Below are positions 31,614-41,720 of a DNA stretch of 64,000 nucleotides, piece after piece. Positions within the stretch are counted from its first letter, which is position 1, and the number at the start of each line of letters is the position of its first letter. The translations under genes and the position numbers were made by a program. The DNA comes from a virus (lineage: Duplodnaviria; Caudoviricetes), in the IMG/VR virus record IMGVR_UViG_3300001598_000048, positions 1 through 64,000 of that record; one strand, written 5' to 3'. The notes under the pieces were generated by a model that made no database searches, was not told where the DNA came from, and saw nothing but the letters and a program-made list of their open reading frames with translations.

Positions 31614-34600
31614 ATGAGAGATTATATAGGATTACATAACCACACCGAATATTCAAATGTAAAAATAATAGATAGTATTAATAGATTCGATAGAATGGTA
31701 GATTATGCCTGGGATTTAAATATGAGTGGTCTGGCTTTAACAGACCACGATTGTTTAAGTGGAACAATGCAAGTCTTAGATATATATAAAGCAAAAATAA
31801 ATAAAGAATGGTATGCTATACATCCTGAATGGAATGCGAACGAACCAATGCCTACATTTGAAGAAAAGGCAAAAGAATTAGACTTTAAAGTCATTCTTGG
31901 TAACGAGATTTATTTAAGTGAAGAAGGTCTAACTGAAGCACAAATGGACGGAAATCATCCTGTTCATTTTTGGCATCTTATTTTAATTGCAAAAGATGCA
32001 GAAGGTTTTCATCAATTAAAGCAAATTAGTAGCGCAGCTTGGAAACGTGCTTGGTTTAGAAATATATTAAGAACTCCAACTTATCCATCTGATTTAATTG
32101 AATTTGTTAAAGGCGGACATTTAGTATGTTCAACTGCTTGTTTAGGTGGTTATCCAGCGTGGTGCTGGAAAATGATGAATAGTCAAGATTTATATCCTTT
32201 TGATGAAGAATTTTCATCTGCGAATTCTCCTGAATATTTTATTGAAAAGTTAGATAATCATTTAGCCGCAATGGAAGGATTATTTGGTAAAGGTAATTAT
32301 TATATTGAACTTCAACCAAATGAAGAAGATTCTGATCAAAATAACTATAATAAGTTTATGATAGATAGATATTGGGGAAAATATCCTTTTATCTTTACAA
32401 CAGACGCTCACTATTTAAAAGCAGATGAAAGAGAAGTTCATAAAGCATTTTTAAATAGTAAAAGTAGTAAAGATAGAGAAGTTGACGAATTTTATAAATA
32501 TGCTTATATTATTAGTCAAGAAGAAATCCGCAATTTAATGTTATATTTAACTGATGAACAGTTTATGGAAATGGTTAATAACACACGTAAAATAAAAGAT
32601 ATGTGTGAATTTTATGAATTAGAACAAAAACCTAAATTAGCAAAAGTAGAATATGAACATTGGGATGAATATGAAGAAGATTTACAAATATTTGAAGAAG
32701 TAAATGCGGAAAAATATCCTAACTTTTATTATTATTTACATAGTGAAAATAAGCCAGATAACTATCTAGCAAGATTAGTTGCGCATGGTTATGTTAATAA
32801 ATATAAAGATAATTGGTCTGATGATATATATTTTAGTAGACTTGAAGAAGAGTTTTGGACTTTAAAACAAGTCGGTGAAAAAATTGAACAACCAATGGCA
32901 GACTATTTTATCACAATGAGTAAGATTATAGATATTTGTTGGGATAATGCTCAAACAATAGTTGGACCTTCACGTGGATCTGCGGGCGCATTATTAATTA
33001 ATTATCTTTTAGGAATAACTCAAATGAATCCGATAGAAATGGAACTTCCATTTGTATGGCGTTTCTTACATCCATCAAGACCAGATCTACCAGATATAGA
33101 TTTTGATACAGAAAGCGATAAACGTGCGAAAGTATTTTTAGAAGTTAAAAAATATTTTGAAAGTATTGGTGGAGATGTTATTAATGTTTGTACTTTTGGT
33201 ACAGAAGGAACAAAATCTGCAATTAAAACTGCGGGACGTGGTTTAAATATTGATGATGATGTAATTAGTTATATAACTTCAATGATACCTAATGAAAGAG
33301 GTTTTGACTGGACGCTTCAAGATTGTTATTATGGAAATGATGATGATAAGAAGCCAATTAAAGCGTTTGTAGAACAAATGAATCAATATCCTGAATTATG
33401 GCAATTAGTTCAAACAATTGAAGGTTTAGTAACTAGATTAGGTGTTCACGCATCAGGTGTAGTTTGTGTTAATGATGATTTCACAAATTATAATAGTTAT
33501 ATGAAAACTTCAAAAGAACAATTAGTTACTTCTTATGACTTACATACATTAGAAAGATGTGGAATGGTTAAATATGACTTCTTAACTGTTTCCGCACTTG
33601 ATAGAATTAGACAATGTATGAATTATATGTTAGAAGATGGAACTATTGAATGGGAAGGAAGTCTAAGAAAAACATATAATAAATATCTTCATCCTGCGGT
33701 TTTAGATTATGATAGTAAAGAAATGTGGGATATGGTTGGTAATGGCGAAATTAGTAGTTTGTTCCAATTCGATACATTAGTAGGTAGTCAAGCAATTAAA
33801 GATATCCAACCTCGTAGTTTAAATGAATTAGCAATTTCATCTTCATTAATGAGATTAATGGCAGATGGAGAACTTCCATTAGCAAAGTTTGCAAGATTTA
33901 AACGTGTTCCATCATTATGGTATGATGAAATGAGTCGTATGGGTTTAAATCAAAATGAAATTAAAGTTCTTGAAAAATATCTTTATAAGAAAAAAGGTGT
34001 TGGTGAATCTCAAGAAGTTATTATGCAAATAGTAATGGATCCGCAAATTAGTGGGTTTGATATGAAAGAAGCAAATAAATTAAGAAAGACTATTGCTAAA
34101 AAGAAGTTCAGAGAAATTGAACAAGTTAAAGAATTATTTTATAGTAAAGGTACGGAACTCGGCACAAGTAAAGTATTATTAGATTATGTTTGGAATGTTC
34201 AAGTATCTATGCAGTTAGGTTATTCTTTCTCCGAGATTCATACAACTGCATACGCATTAATTGCGCTTCAAGAAATGAATTTAGCATATAAGTATCCAAT
34301 TATTTATTGGAATTGTGCTTGTTTATCAGTTGATGCATCAGCAATTAATGCACAAGACTTCTATAATTTAATTGATGATGATATTTTAACAGTTGATGAG
34401 GTTGAAGGAAAAAAGATCCAAAATAAAATGGATTATGCGAAACTTGCAGCCGCATTAGATAAGTTTAAAAATATATGTAAAATTAATCTTCCTGATATAA
34501 ATAAATCAAGATTAAGTTTTACACCTGATAAAGACACAAATAATATTCTTTATGGATTAAAAGGAATCACTAAAGTAACAGATCCAGTTATTGAAGAAAT

Positions 34601-35669
34601 AATGTATAATAGACCTTTTAGTTCATTAGAAGACTTTTATAATAGAGTAACAAAACGTATTGTAACAAAAGATAAAATTATTAATTTAATTAAGTCAGGT
34701 GCATTTGATAATATAGAAAAGAAATCTCGTGCAGAAATATTAAAAAAGTTCGTATGGATGATTTGTGAACCTAAGAAAAAATTAACAATGCAAAATGCAA
34801 ATATGTTAATTGATGCGGAACTTTTACCTACTTCTTTAAATTATTATGCAGATGTATATAAAATAACAAAAGAATTGAGAAAAAATAGAGATGCGCTTAA
34901 ATTATGGTATTGCGCAGATAGATTAGAAGTTCCTGTAAATAAAGTTGATATATGGCGTCAAATAGTTGCTGATAGCAAAATAGTTCCGCAAGATTTAGTT
35001 ATAGATGGAGAAGAACGTCGTGTACTTGATAGCAATAAATGGGATAACTTTTATGAAAGAAATATGGCATATATAAAGGCGTATATAACTGAGAATCAAT
35101 TAGATTTATTAAATGAATTAAATAATAAATTGTTTAATGACGAGTTTAATAAATATTGTTCAGGTGATGAGTTGCAATGGGAATTAGATAGTATGAACTT
35201 CTATTTTAAAGAACATCCATTAAATATTGGTATTAAAGATATGCCGATTGTAGTTGATAGATTGGAGTGTATTATTGAAGGTGCTCAAGACGGAATGTTC
35301 TATATTAAAGGAAAAGAGATTCCTAAAATGAAATTGTATACTATTGCTGGAACAGTTATAGATAGAGATACAACAAAAGGTTTAGTAACTATTCAATGTA
35401 CAGATGGAGTAGTTAATATTAAATTATATAAGAGTTTGTTTGCTGCATATAATAAAGCCGTTGCTTATGAAGATGAAAACGGAAATAAATATATTGAAGA
35501 AGAAAGTTTCTTTGAAAAAGGTGTTCATTTATTAATAACTGGTATTCAACGCGGCGCTACTTTTGTTCCAAAAGTATATAAAAATGTTGGTCGTCATAGT
35601 ATTGTTAGAATAATATTAAATGATGATAATACATTTAAAAAGTTTGAATCAAAAGAGGAAATTGAATAA
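31614..35669 (+). CDS. dnaE: DNA polymerase III alpha subunit (family C)
   Basis: PHP HNHTEYS/LTDH/TDAHY, GPSRGSAG, PDIDFD, GVHASG, KYDFL, HTTAY; 26 Trp all TGG. Confidence 0.95.
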   Translation: MRDYIGLHNHTEYSNVKIIDSINRFDRMVDYAWDLNMSGLALTDHDCLSGTMQVLDIYKAKINKEWYAIHPEWNANEPMPTFEEKAKELDFKVILGNEIYLSEEGLTEAQMDGNHPVHFWHLILIAKDAEGFHQLKQISSAAWKRAWFRNILRTPTYPSDLIEFVKGGHLVCSTACLGGYPAWCWKMMNSQDLYPFDEEFSSANSPEYFIEKLDNHLAAMEGLFGKGNYYIELQPNEEDSDQNNYNKFMIDRYWGKYPFIFTTDAHYLKADEREVHKAFLNSKSSKDREVDEFYKYAYIISQEEIRNLMLYLTDEQFMEMVNNTRKIKDMCEFYELEQKPKLAKVEYEHWDEYEEDLQIFEEVNAEKYPNFYYYLHSENKPDNYLARLVAHGYVNKYKDNWSDDIYFSRLEEEFWTLKQVGEKIEQPMADYFITMSKIIDICWDNAQTIVGPSRGSAGALLINYLLGITQMNPIEMELPFVWRFLHPSRPDLPDIDFDTESDKRAKVFLEVKKYFESIGGDVINVCTFGTEGTKSAIKTAGRGLNIDDDVISYITSMIPNERGFDWTLQDCYYGNDDDKKPIKAFVEQMNQYPELWQLVQTIEGLVTRLGVHASGVVCVNDDFTNYNSYMKTSKEQLVTSYDLHTLERCGMVKYDFLTVSALDRIRQCMNYMLEDGTIEWEGSLRKTYNKYLHPAVLDYDSKEMWDMVGNGEISSLFQFDTLVGSQAIKDIQPRSLNELAISSSLMRLMADGELPLAKFARFKRVPSLWYDEMSRMGLNQNEIKVLEKYLYKKKGVGESQEVIMQIVMDPQISGFDMKEANKLRKTIAKKKFREIEQVKELFYSKGTELGTSKVLLDYVWNVQVSMQLGYSFSEIHTTAYALIALQEMNLAYKYPIIYWNCACLSVDASAINAQDFYNLIDDDILTVDEVEGKKIQNKMDYAKLAAALDKFKNICKINLPDINKSRLSFTPDKDTNNILYGLKGITKVTDPVIEEIMYNRPFSSLEDFYNRVTKRIVTKDKIINLIKSGAFDNIEKKSRAEILKKFVWMICEPKKKLTMQNANMLIDAELLPTSLNYYADVYKITKELRKNRDALKLWYCADRLEVPVNKVDIWRQIVADSKIVPQDLVIDGEERRVLDSNKWDNFYERNMAYIKAYITENQLDLLNELNNKLFNDEFNKYCSGDELQWELDSMNFYFKEHPLNIGIKDMPIVVDRLECIIEGAQDGMFYIKGKEIPKMKLYTIAGTVIDRDTTKGLVTIQCTDGVVNIKLYKSLFAAYNKAVAYEDENGNKYIEEESFFEKGVHLLITGIQRGATFVPKVYKNVGRHSIVRIILNDDNTFKKFESKEEIE

Positions 35670-36793
35670 TGAAGATAACGATTTGGGATATGGACTATTA
35701 TTATAATAGAAACAGTAAAAAGAAACCAGATGTAATGAAGTTATCTAGTTATTACAAACAATTGGGCGATAGCGTAAATTTTGTTCTTACTGAAGATGAT
35801 ATTAATAGATTTGCGGAAATTATTTATGTCTTTAAAGATAATAAAGATTTACCGCAACCTCCTGCGTCTTTCTTTTTAGATCCTCGTGTGCGTTGGGATG
35901 GTAAAGCATATACGATGCGCAAAAAATGACGTATGACTGATGTAATGCTTGCTTGTAGACCAGATTATTTATTATATCCTTTTAGAGATATAAAGGAAGA
36001 TCGTTCTGAATACATTAGATTATTTAATGATAAGGCGGAATTATTGCCGCATATTCAAGATTGAAGTAATAGTTTTAAAAATAAATATGCCATTGTAATT
36101 GATAAAAATATGTGGCAAAGTGATTTAATTTCTTTAATACAAGGATTAAATATGCTTACTAATGTTAAAAATATCTCTTTTTCTGAACCAATATGAATTC
36201 AAAAAATAATATCTAATAATTTAATCAAAGATGCATTTATTAAATTGAATTTTATTGCTGGTAGTAATTTAGAATGGACAATGGTTAAAATAAATCAGTT
36301 AGATGATATAATTGATTTTATTAGAGATTTTAAAAAACTACATCCAACAGTAGATGCGAATAAAATTATTGTAGATTGTAGAGAAAAGAATTCCGATCAT
36401 TGGAATAATAAACAAAATGCGCTTGATGAATTTCAGCGCACTAAAGAACTAATTATCAGATGCAAAAGAGAAGATTTTAGAATAGAAGTTCGCATGCCCG
36501 CAAATAGATTTGAAACGCCTTATTTTCAACTATTTGAACATTTAAGTATGTGGACAGATAAATATTTTAATTTAAGTTGGCTTGAATATATAACTTTAAA
36601 ATATGCGGGACGCCATTGTAGTTATGAACATTATTGGAATCATCCAGAAGAATGGCACGAAATATTTAGAGATTTATTAAGACAGACTTATACAGATCAT
36701 GATTTTTTATTATCAACTATGAAAAATCATAGAGTATCAGAAAATAAAATACCATGGAAAATGTGGGAAGAGGAGTTTAAATATGGATTGTAA
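35669..36793 (+). CDS. Degenerate radical-SAM-like protein lacking CxxxCxxC (374 aa, 3 TGA)
   Basis: One frame across TGA at 35927, 36062 and 36194; DVMKLSSYYKQLGDSV and RPDYLLYP resemble a phage radical-SAM family N-terminus (recalled). Confidence 0.5.
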
Positions 36794-37040
36794 ATTAACA
36801 AATGAAGGAACGACAATTTTTAATGAAAATTATACTATTTGCATTGATGGAGTAGATATTGAAAAATTAGAAAATAATTCTACATACTGCATTAGTTTTT
36901 CAATTGATGATTATACAGTAGATGATGTATCTAGAGTGCTTCAAGGATTAAATAATTGGATGAAAGAAAATGATAGAAATATAATTTTTATTGCAAAAAC
37001 AAGTGAAATTAAAATGGAGAAAGTAGATAATGAAGTATAA
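36783..37040 (+). CDS. Hypothetical protein (85 aa)
   Basis: Coupled ORF. Confidence 0.6.
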   Translation: MDCKLTNEGTTIFNENYTICIDGVDIEKLENNSTYCISFSIDDYTVDDVSRVLQGLNNWMKENDRNIIFIAKTSEIKMEKVDNEV

Positions 37041-37629
37041 AGAATATAATAGAATATGTATTTTAGATACTGAAACAACTGATATATATTGGAATACTTG
37101 TGCACCAGTGCAAATTGCCGCAATAATTTGTGATGGCGATGGAAATGTAATTGATAGTTTTAATGAAAGAATTAAAACTACACATCAAATTGCGCCAGAT
37201 GCAAGTGCAGTTCATGGTATATATGCTAAAGATTTAGTAAATTGTCGTAAAGAAAGTGAAGTTTTAATGTCATTTTGTGCTTGGATGAAACAACAAGAAG
37301 TAGATTTATTATTAACATATAATGGTGAAGCATTTGATAGACGTATGTTAAATTGCAGATGTCAAAAATTAAATATACCTTTTAAGTATTTTGAGAAAGA
37401 AAGTTTCCCTGGACTGGATGGATATTATGATTGTATCGCAGAAGCAAAGCGCCGCAATTTATTTGGTTTAAAAGATAAATTAGGTCGCAAATGGAGATTA
37501 ACATTAGTTAGTGAAGCATTGGGTTTTAGTACTGAAAATGCGCACGATGCTCTCGCCGATGTTTATATGCTTAAGAACTGCTTTTTTAAAGTAGATCCGA
37601 TAATTCATCCGCAAGATTGGAAAGAATAA
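37030..37629 (+). CDS. dnaQ: DnaQ-like 3'-5' exonuclease (Pol III epsilon-like)
   Basis: LDTETT, VHGI, TYNGEAFD, AHDALADV; 4 Trp all TGG. Confidence 0.85.
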   Translation: MKYKEYNRICILDTETTDIYWNTCAPVQIAAIICDGDGNVIDSFNERIKTTHQIAPDASAVHGIYAKDLVNCRKESEVLMSFCAWMKQQEVDLLLTYNGEAFDRRMLNCRCQKLNIPFKYFEKESFPGLDGYYDCIAEAKRRNLFGLKDKLGRKWRLTLVSEALGFSTENAHDALADVYMLKNCFFKVDPIIHPQDWKE

Positions 37630-37652
37630 AAAGAGACCATAATGGTCTCTTT
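37630..37652. terminator. Bidirectional terminator between convergent blocks
   Basis: AAAGAGACC-ATAAT-GGTCTCTTT. Confidence 0.8.
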
Positions 37653-37655
37653 CTT

Positions 37656-38846
37656 TTAATCATTTAGTAAATTAATACCATCTATACTTAAATCAAAGTA
37701 TGGAGCTGATCTAAATTTAGATTCTTGGAAATATCCATCTATAATGACTTCTGTCTCACCAACATAAGTTCCATCATCATCTACATCTGCTAAATATGTA
37801 GTAATCTTATTTCCTTTTACGGTAAAATTATCTATATCAAATACTTTAATTTCGCCTTTCTTAAAACTTTCAATAGCGGCGTCAATTGCTTCTTGTGTTC
37901 CTGCTGCGGCATTTTTTCCGCATTCAGTCATTTTAACTGAACCAGTTGCTAAAGTTCCTATCCAATCGTAATCAATTTTTTGTTTATTTAAAACTTGTGT
38001 AATTGCATATTCGAAATATGGTGCCCAATCAATTCTTGAAGATACAATGAATGTTTCAGGACATTGTGTAGCAGTTGAACCATTATATGATACATTTGGA
38101 ACTTTTGCATTTTCACAAGCATCTGGAGCGCCATAAGAATCGGCGTGTTGAGAAATTAATACGCATCTGCCTTGAATTAAAGCTTCAGTTGTTGATTTCT
38201 CTTTATCGAAATCGTACCAACTAGAAGTAAATCTTACATCCATGGTTACAGATGGACAAACTGATTTAGCACCTAAATAGAATGCAGTATAACCTGATTT
38301 TACTTCGGCATAAGGAAATGCTCCTACATAACCAATCTTTGCTTGATCTGCGGTAATTTTCTTCGCAGTGATCATTTCATTTAATTTCATTCCTGCGGCA
38401 ATACCAGCGATATAACGACCTTCATAGATTGCGGCAAAAGCATTTGAATAATTATCTAACTTTTCAGTATGCGCTTTTACGCCAGTTGCGTGTGCAAAAT
38501 ATGTATTAGGATTAGATTTTGCGGCTAAAATAATATATCCTTCATGTCCGAATGAATCCGCAAATACGAAATCACAAGTTACTGCTAATTCACAAGCTTT
38601 GTCATAACATTCTTGTCCTTCTGGAACACCTGTTACTAATTCTAATTGATCTTCTGAAATACCTAAATTATCAAGAGCGGTTTTCATTGATGTAATAAAA
38701 TTGGCATCGTATGTAGAACTTTCATCGTGCAAGCAAATTAAACCAATTTTGATGTTATCTTTAGAAAGTTCTTTTGTAGTTTTTTGACAACCGAACAAAC
38801 TTAAAGAAACTAATAATGCAAAAAGAAATACGAAAATCTTTTTCAT
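37656..38846 (-). CDS. BMP/PnrA-family lipoprotein (nucleoside-binding ABC substrate-binding type)
   Basis: Signal peptide with lipobox LSLFGC; FADSFG, IYEGRYIAGIAAGM, IGYVGAFP.AEV, SWYD..KE, SQHADS, SRIDW. Confidence 0.88.
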   Translation of the reverse strand: MKKIFVFLFALLVSLSLFGCQKTTKELSKDNIKIGLICLHDESSTYDANFITSMKTALDNLGISEDQLELVTGVPEGQECYDKACELAVTCDFVFADSFGHEGYIILAAKSNPNTYFAHATGVKAHTEKLDNYSNAFAAIYEGRYIAGIAAGMKLNEMITAKKITADQAKIGYVGAFPYAEVKSGYTAFYLGAKSVCPSVTMDVRFTSSWYDFDKEKSTTEALIQGRCVLISQHADSYGAPDACENAKVPNVSYNGSTATQCPETFIVSSRIDWAPYFEYAITQVLNKQKIDYDWIGTLATGSVKMTECGKNAAAGTQEAIDAAIESFKKGEIKVFDIDNFTVKGNKITTYLADVDDDGTYVGETEVIIDGYFQESKFRSAPYFDLSIDGINLLND

Positions 38847-38874
38847 TTAATTTGTTTTATCTCCTATAAAATTT

Positions 38875-38897
38875 AAAACCTCTTTTAAAGAGGTTTT
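38875..38897. terminator. Hairpin between the holin-like gene and the BMP gene
   Basis: AAAACCTCT/AGAGGTTTT inverted repeat. Confidence 0.55.
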
Positions 38898-38902
38898 ATT
38901 AA

Positions 38903-39244
38903 TTATCTAGTTAATCCATTTACAAATGAAATGGTTTGATCAATATAAGCGCTAAGTTGATCTAAGAATATAGTTATGTCTATTCCTGCGGCTGCACATC
39001 CAGCCTTAACAGAATTAATAACCATTACTTTTTTATCTGCACCAACTGCTAATTCTTTTTCGACTTCTTGCATAGATTTATCCGCAATTGCCATTATTAA
39101 ATTCCAAACTTCTTGAGCGCTTTTTTCTTTTGTTGCTTTAATAAAAGATTTAATTGAAAAATATGCACCAATACCTGTTCCTATTAATCCTAAAAATCCG
39201 GTTATTAAGGCAATTAAACCATTAACTGTTGTAATCCAATTCAT
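38903..39244 (-). CDS. Holin-like protein (LL-H-like: one N-terminal TM segment, helical C-terminus)
   Basis: N-terminal TM; AIADKSMQEVE...GADKKVMV pattern. Confidence 0.55.
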   Translation of the reverse strand: MNWITTVNGLIALITGFLGLIGTGIGAYFSIKSFIKATKEKSAQEVWNLIMAIADKSMQEVEKELAVGADKKVMVINSVKAGCAAAGIDITIFLDQLSAYIDQTISFVNGLTR

Positions 39245-39252
39245 ACTTTCTC

Positions 39253-39657
39253 CTATCTATCCTTTGGAGTATCTGGCATATTTATTAGTTTTTCTCTGTA
39301 ACTATCCATAACGCCATTGCTTCCAAGTGCGTGATAATTTTTATAAATATTTTCAAAATGGTCTTTTACTTCTCTTGGACAATATCTTTTATCTTTTCAA
39401 GCATCAAATATTTCACACAAATCGTGTCTTAAGCCAGCCTGAACGCCGCTTGATAATAATTCAGTTCTGTCGTAAATTTCATTTGTTTTTTCAGTGAGCG
39501 GTTTTAATTCTTCACGAACAATAATTGTTATATTTCTTTTTTCTTGTTCTGTCTCTGCATGATTTACAAGCTCTTTTTTCTTATTTATAAAAGACATAAC
39601 AATGGCTGTAATAACACTTACAGCAATTCCAGAACATACGGATACTAGCCATTCCAT
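39253..39657 (-). CDS. Membrane-anchored lysis-cassette protein (134 aa, one TGA)
   Basis: N-terminal TM, coiled coil, GLRHDL...YKNYHALGSNG; TGA at 39397, TAG at 39253. Confidence 0.65.
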
Positions 39658-39701
39658 AATCTTACCTCATCAAATGAAACAATATTGCTTCATTATAATT
39701 T

Positions 39702-39776
39702 AGTATAGAAAGTTTTTTCTTAAAAAACAAAAACGACTAAACGATAATTGAAAAATAGAATGATTTTTTGTATACT
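39702..39776. promoter_or_regulatory. Divergent sigmaA-like promoters
   Basis: Plus: TTGAAA-N17-TATACT (39748-76). Minus: TTGTTT-N17-TATACT (39730-39702). Confidence 0.55.
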
Positions 39777-39791
39777 TAAAGTAGTTAGGAG

Positions 39792-39977
39792 ATGATATTT
39801 ATGACAAATGAAGAAATTATTAAATTCAAACTTAATGTAAATAATTTTACATTAGAAGAATTAAAAAAAGAACAACAAGACATTCAAGCTTCAATTAGTA
39901 AAATGATTCTTGATAGTGATTTAATTATTAAAGCCGCCATTATTGAAACTTTAATTAATGAAAAGGAAGCTAAATAA
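39792..39977 (+). CDS. Hypothetical coiled-coil protein (61 aa)
   Basis: RBS AGGAG; coupled to the RuvC-like gene. Confidence 0.6.
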   Translation: MIFMTNEEIIKFKLNVNNFTLEELKKEQQDIQASISKMILDSDLIIKAAIIETLINEKEAK

Positions 39978-40699
39978 TGGGTAAACTTTCACATCAACAA
40001 ATAGCAGATGAAATAAAGGAAAAAGGTTTTGAATTAATAGACGATACGGGCTATACGAATATGACAAGCCGCATTATTGTTAAATGCGGAAAAGGACATT
40101 TATCAGAAACATCACTTGCGGATTTTAGACATCCTAGTTTTAATTGTCCTAAATGCGATAAAAATATTAATTTTATTAATCCTACTGCAGTTCCAGCGAA
40201 AGGAAATAAAAGAAGAATAATTGCATTTGATCAAGCGACTGAAAAATTTGGATTAAGTATTTTTGATAATGGAGAATTAGTATTTTATAATCTATATCAA
40301 TTTAGCGGTGATTTAGTTACTCGTTTAGTTAAATGTCGCAAATTAGTAAATAATATTGTTATTGGAAAATGAGAACCTGATTTTATTGTTATGGAAGATA
40401 TACAGATGCAAAATGGAACTATAACTTTTAAAGTATTATCAATGTTACTCGGCATTATAGAAGAATGTTGCGCCGAAAATAATATTGAGTATGAAGTTGT
40501 AAGTCCTAATGTATGACGTAAATTTGCCGGCACTTGCGGAAAAACTAGAAATGAAGAGAAAAAATTAAGTGTAGCAATGGTTGCGGAAAAATATGGCATT
40601 AAAGTTACTGACGATGTCGCTGAAGCTATTTTAATCGGCAGATATGGCGTAAAGATGCATGGTCAAGAAATTACAATGGCATTTGGTAAAATAAAATAA
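39977..40699 (+). CDS. ruvC: RuvC-like Holliday junction resolvase with N-terminal Zn-ribbon (240 aa, 2 TGA)
   Basis: C..GH and CPKC; IIAFDQAT; VMEDIQ; SPNV[TGA]RK; DDVAEAILIG; TGA at 40370 and 40514. Confidence 0.85.
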
Positions 40700-40723
40700 A
40701 AGACTTAGAAATATCTAAGTCTT
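40700..40723. terminator. Bidirectional terminator
   Basis: AAGACTTAGA-AATA-TCTAAGTCTT. Confidence 0.8.
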
Positions 40724-41642
40724 ATTTTTTTAATTGTTCAATTTGAAGTTTTAAATCTTCAATTTCTTTTTGTTGTTCTTGAATACCTTTTCAAAGTAAA
40801 TAGATAAGTTTTGATTCTTTGATAGACATATAATTACCATCAATACCATCTGCTTTTTCATTTGCAACAAATGAGAATGATTCAGAATCATATTTTTGTA
40901 TATCTTGAGCAATAATACCAATTACTTTATCTTTATTGTCTAAATAATTGAAAGTTTTAACTTCTATATTCTTAATAATCTCTAATGCGTTAATAAGATA
41001 TGGATTAATATGTTCTTTTGCTCTTTCATCTGAAGTAGCATTAAAATAAAGTGCATTGCAAGAGCCATTAGAATGTATATTACCGCCAACACCAATACCT
41101 CCTGTAACTATTAAAGCTCCTGTTTGATAACTCGTAGATTGAGTAGATGCTGAACAATTTATTGTTTGTGGTAATGTTATTTGATTGCTATTTATAGAAA
41201 TAGTAGATCCTGAAGAAATTAATTGAAAACCAGTAGATGCAGTTAAAGTAATTCCTTTTGCTGATGTAATTGAAATATTATCACTATCACCAGTTCCAGA
41301 AGATGTTAAAGAAATATTTTTACCTAATAATGTTGAATTTAAACTATTATTACCAAAATTTATTTCACTACTACTTATTGTTGATAAATACGAATAGTTT
41401 GTATTGTCAATTCTTGTTTGAACAACAGCAACACTACTAAAACATAAATTTTGATTCATTATCAATCCTGCTCTATTGGTTGTTACAATAGTTCCGCAAT
41501 CTGTTTGTACAGCTGACATTGAATTTCCTGTTAAAATTGTTGGATTTCCAGTACTAGTAAAATGTATTCAAGTTCAATACCCACTATTTATTGATGTAGT
41601 TTCTGAAGCACATCCTTTTATATGATTATAAAATATTGCCAT
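40722..41642 (-). CDS. Tail fibre/spike with C-terminal peptidase-S74-like intramolecular chaperone (306 aa, 3 TGA)
   Basis: TGALIVTGGIGVGG, ATSDERAKEHI, GIIAQD, LL[TGA]KGIQEQQKEIEDLK. Confidence 0.8.
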
Positions 41643-41684
41643 ATTTTTCACCTCTTAATTATAAAATATTATAATTAATAACCT

Positions 41685-41718
41685 GAGAGAAGTCAATTTA
41701 AGACTTCTCTCTTTTTTT
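41685..41718 (+). terminator. Hairpin with T-tract on the plus (antisense) strand
   Basis: GAGAGAAGTC/GACTTCTCTC followed by T7. Confidence 0.55.
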
Positions 41719-41720
41719 TA

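Noticed and set aside
476-40599. Short antisense or alternate-frame track ORFs (e.g. 476-694, 766-1008, 3057-3239, 8543-8779, 9829-10053, 12674-12859, 13224-13739, 14350-14622, 18114-18527, 19696-19890, 20620-20856, 22265-23420, 31703-31894, 36941-37123, 40297-40599)
   Set aside because: Shadows of longer motif-bearing genes, with no RBS and biased composition
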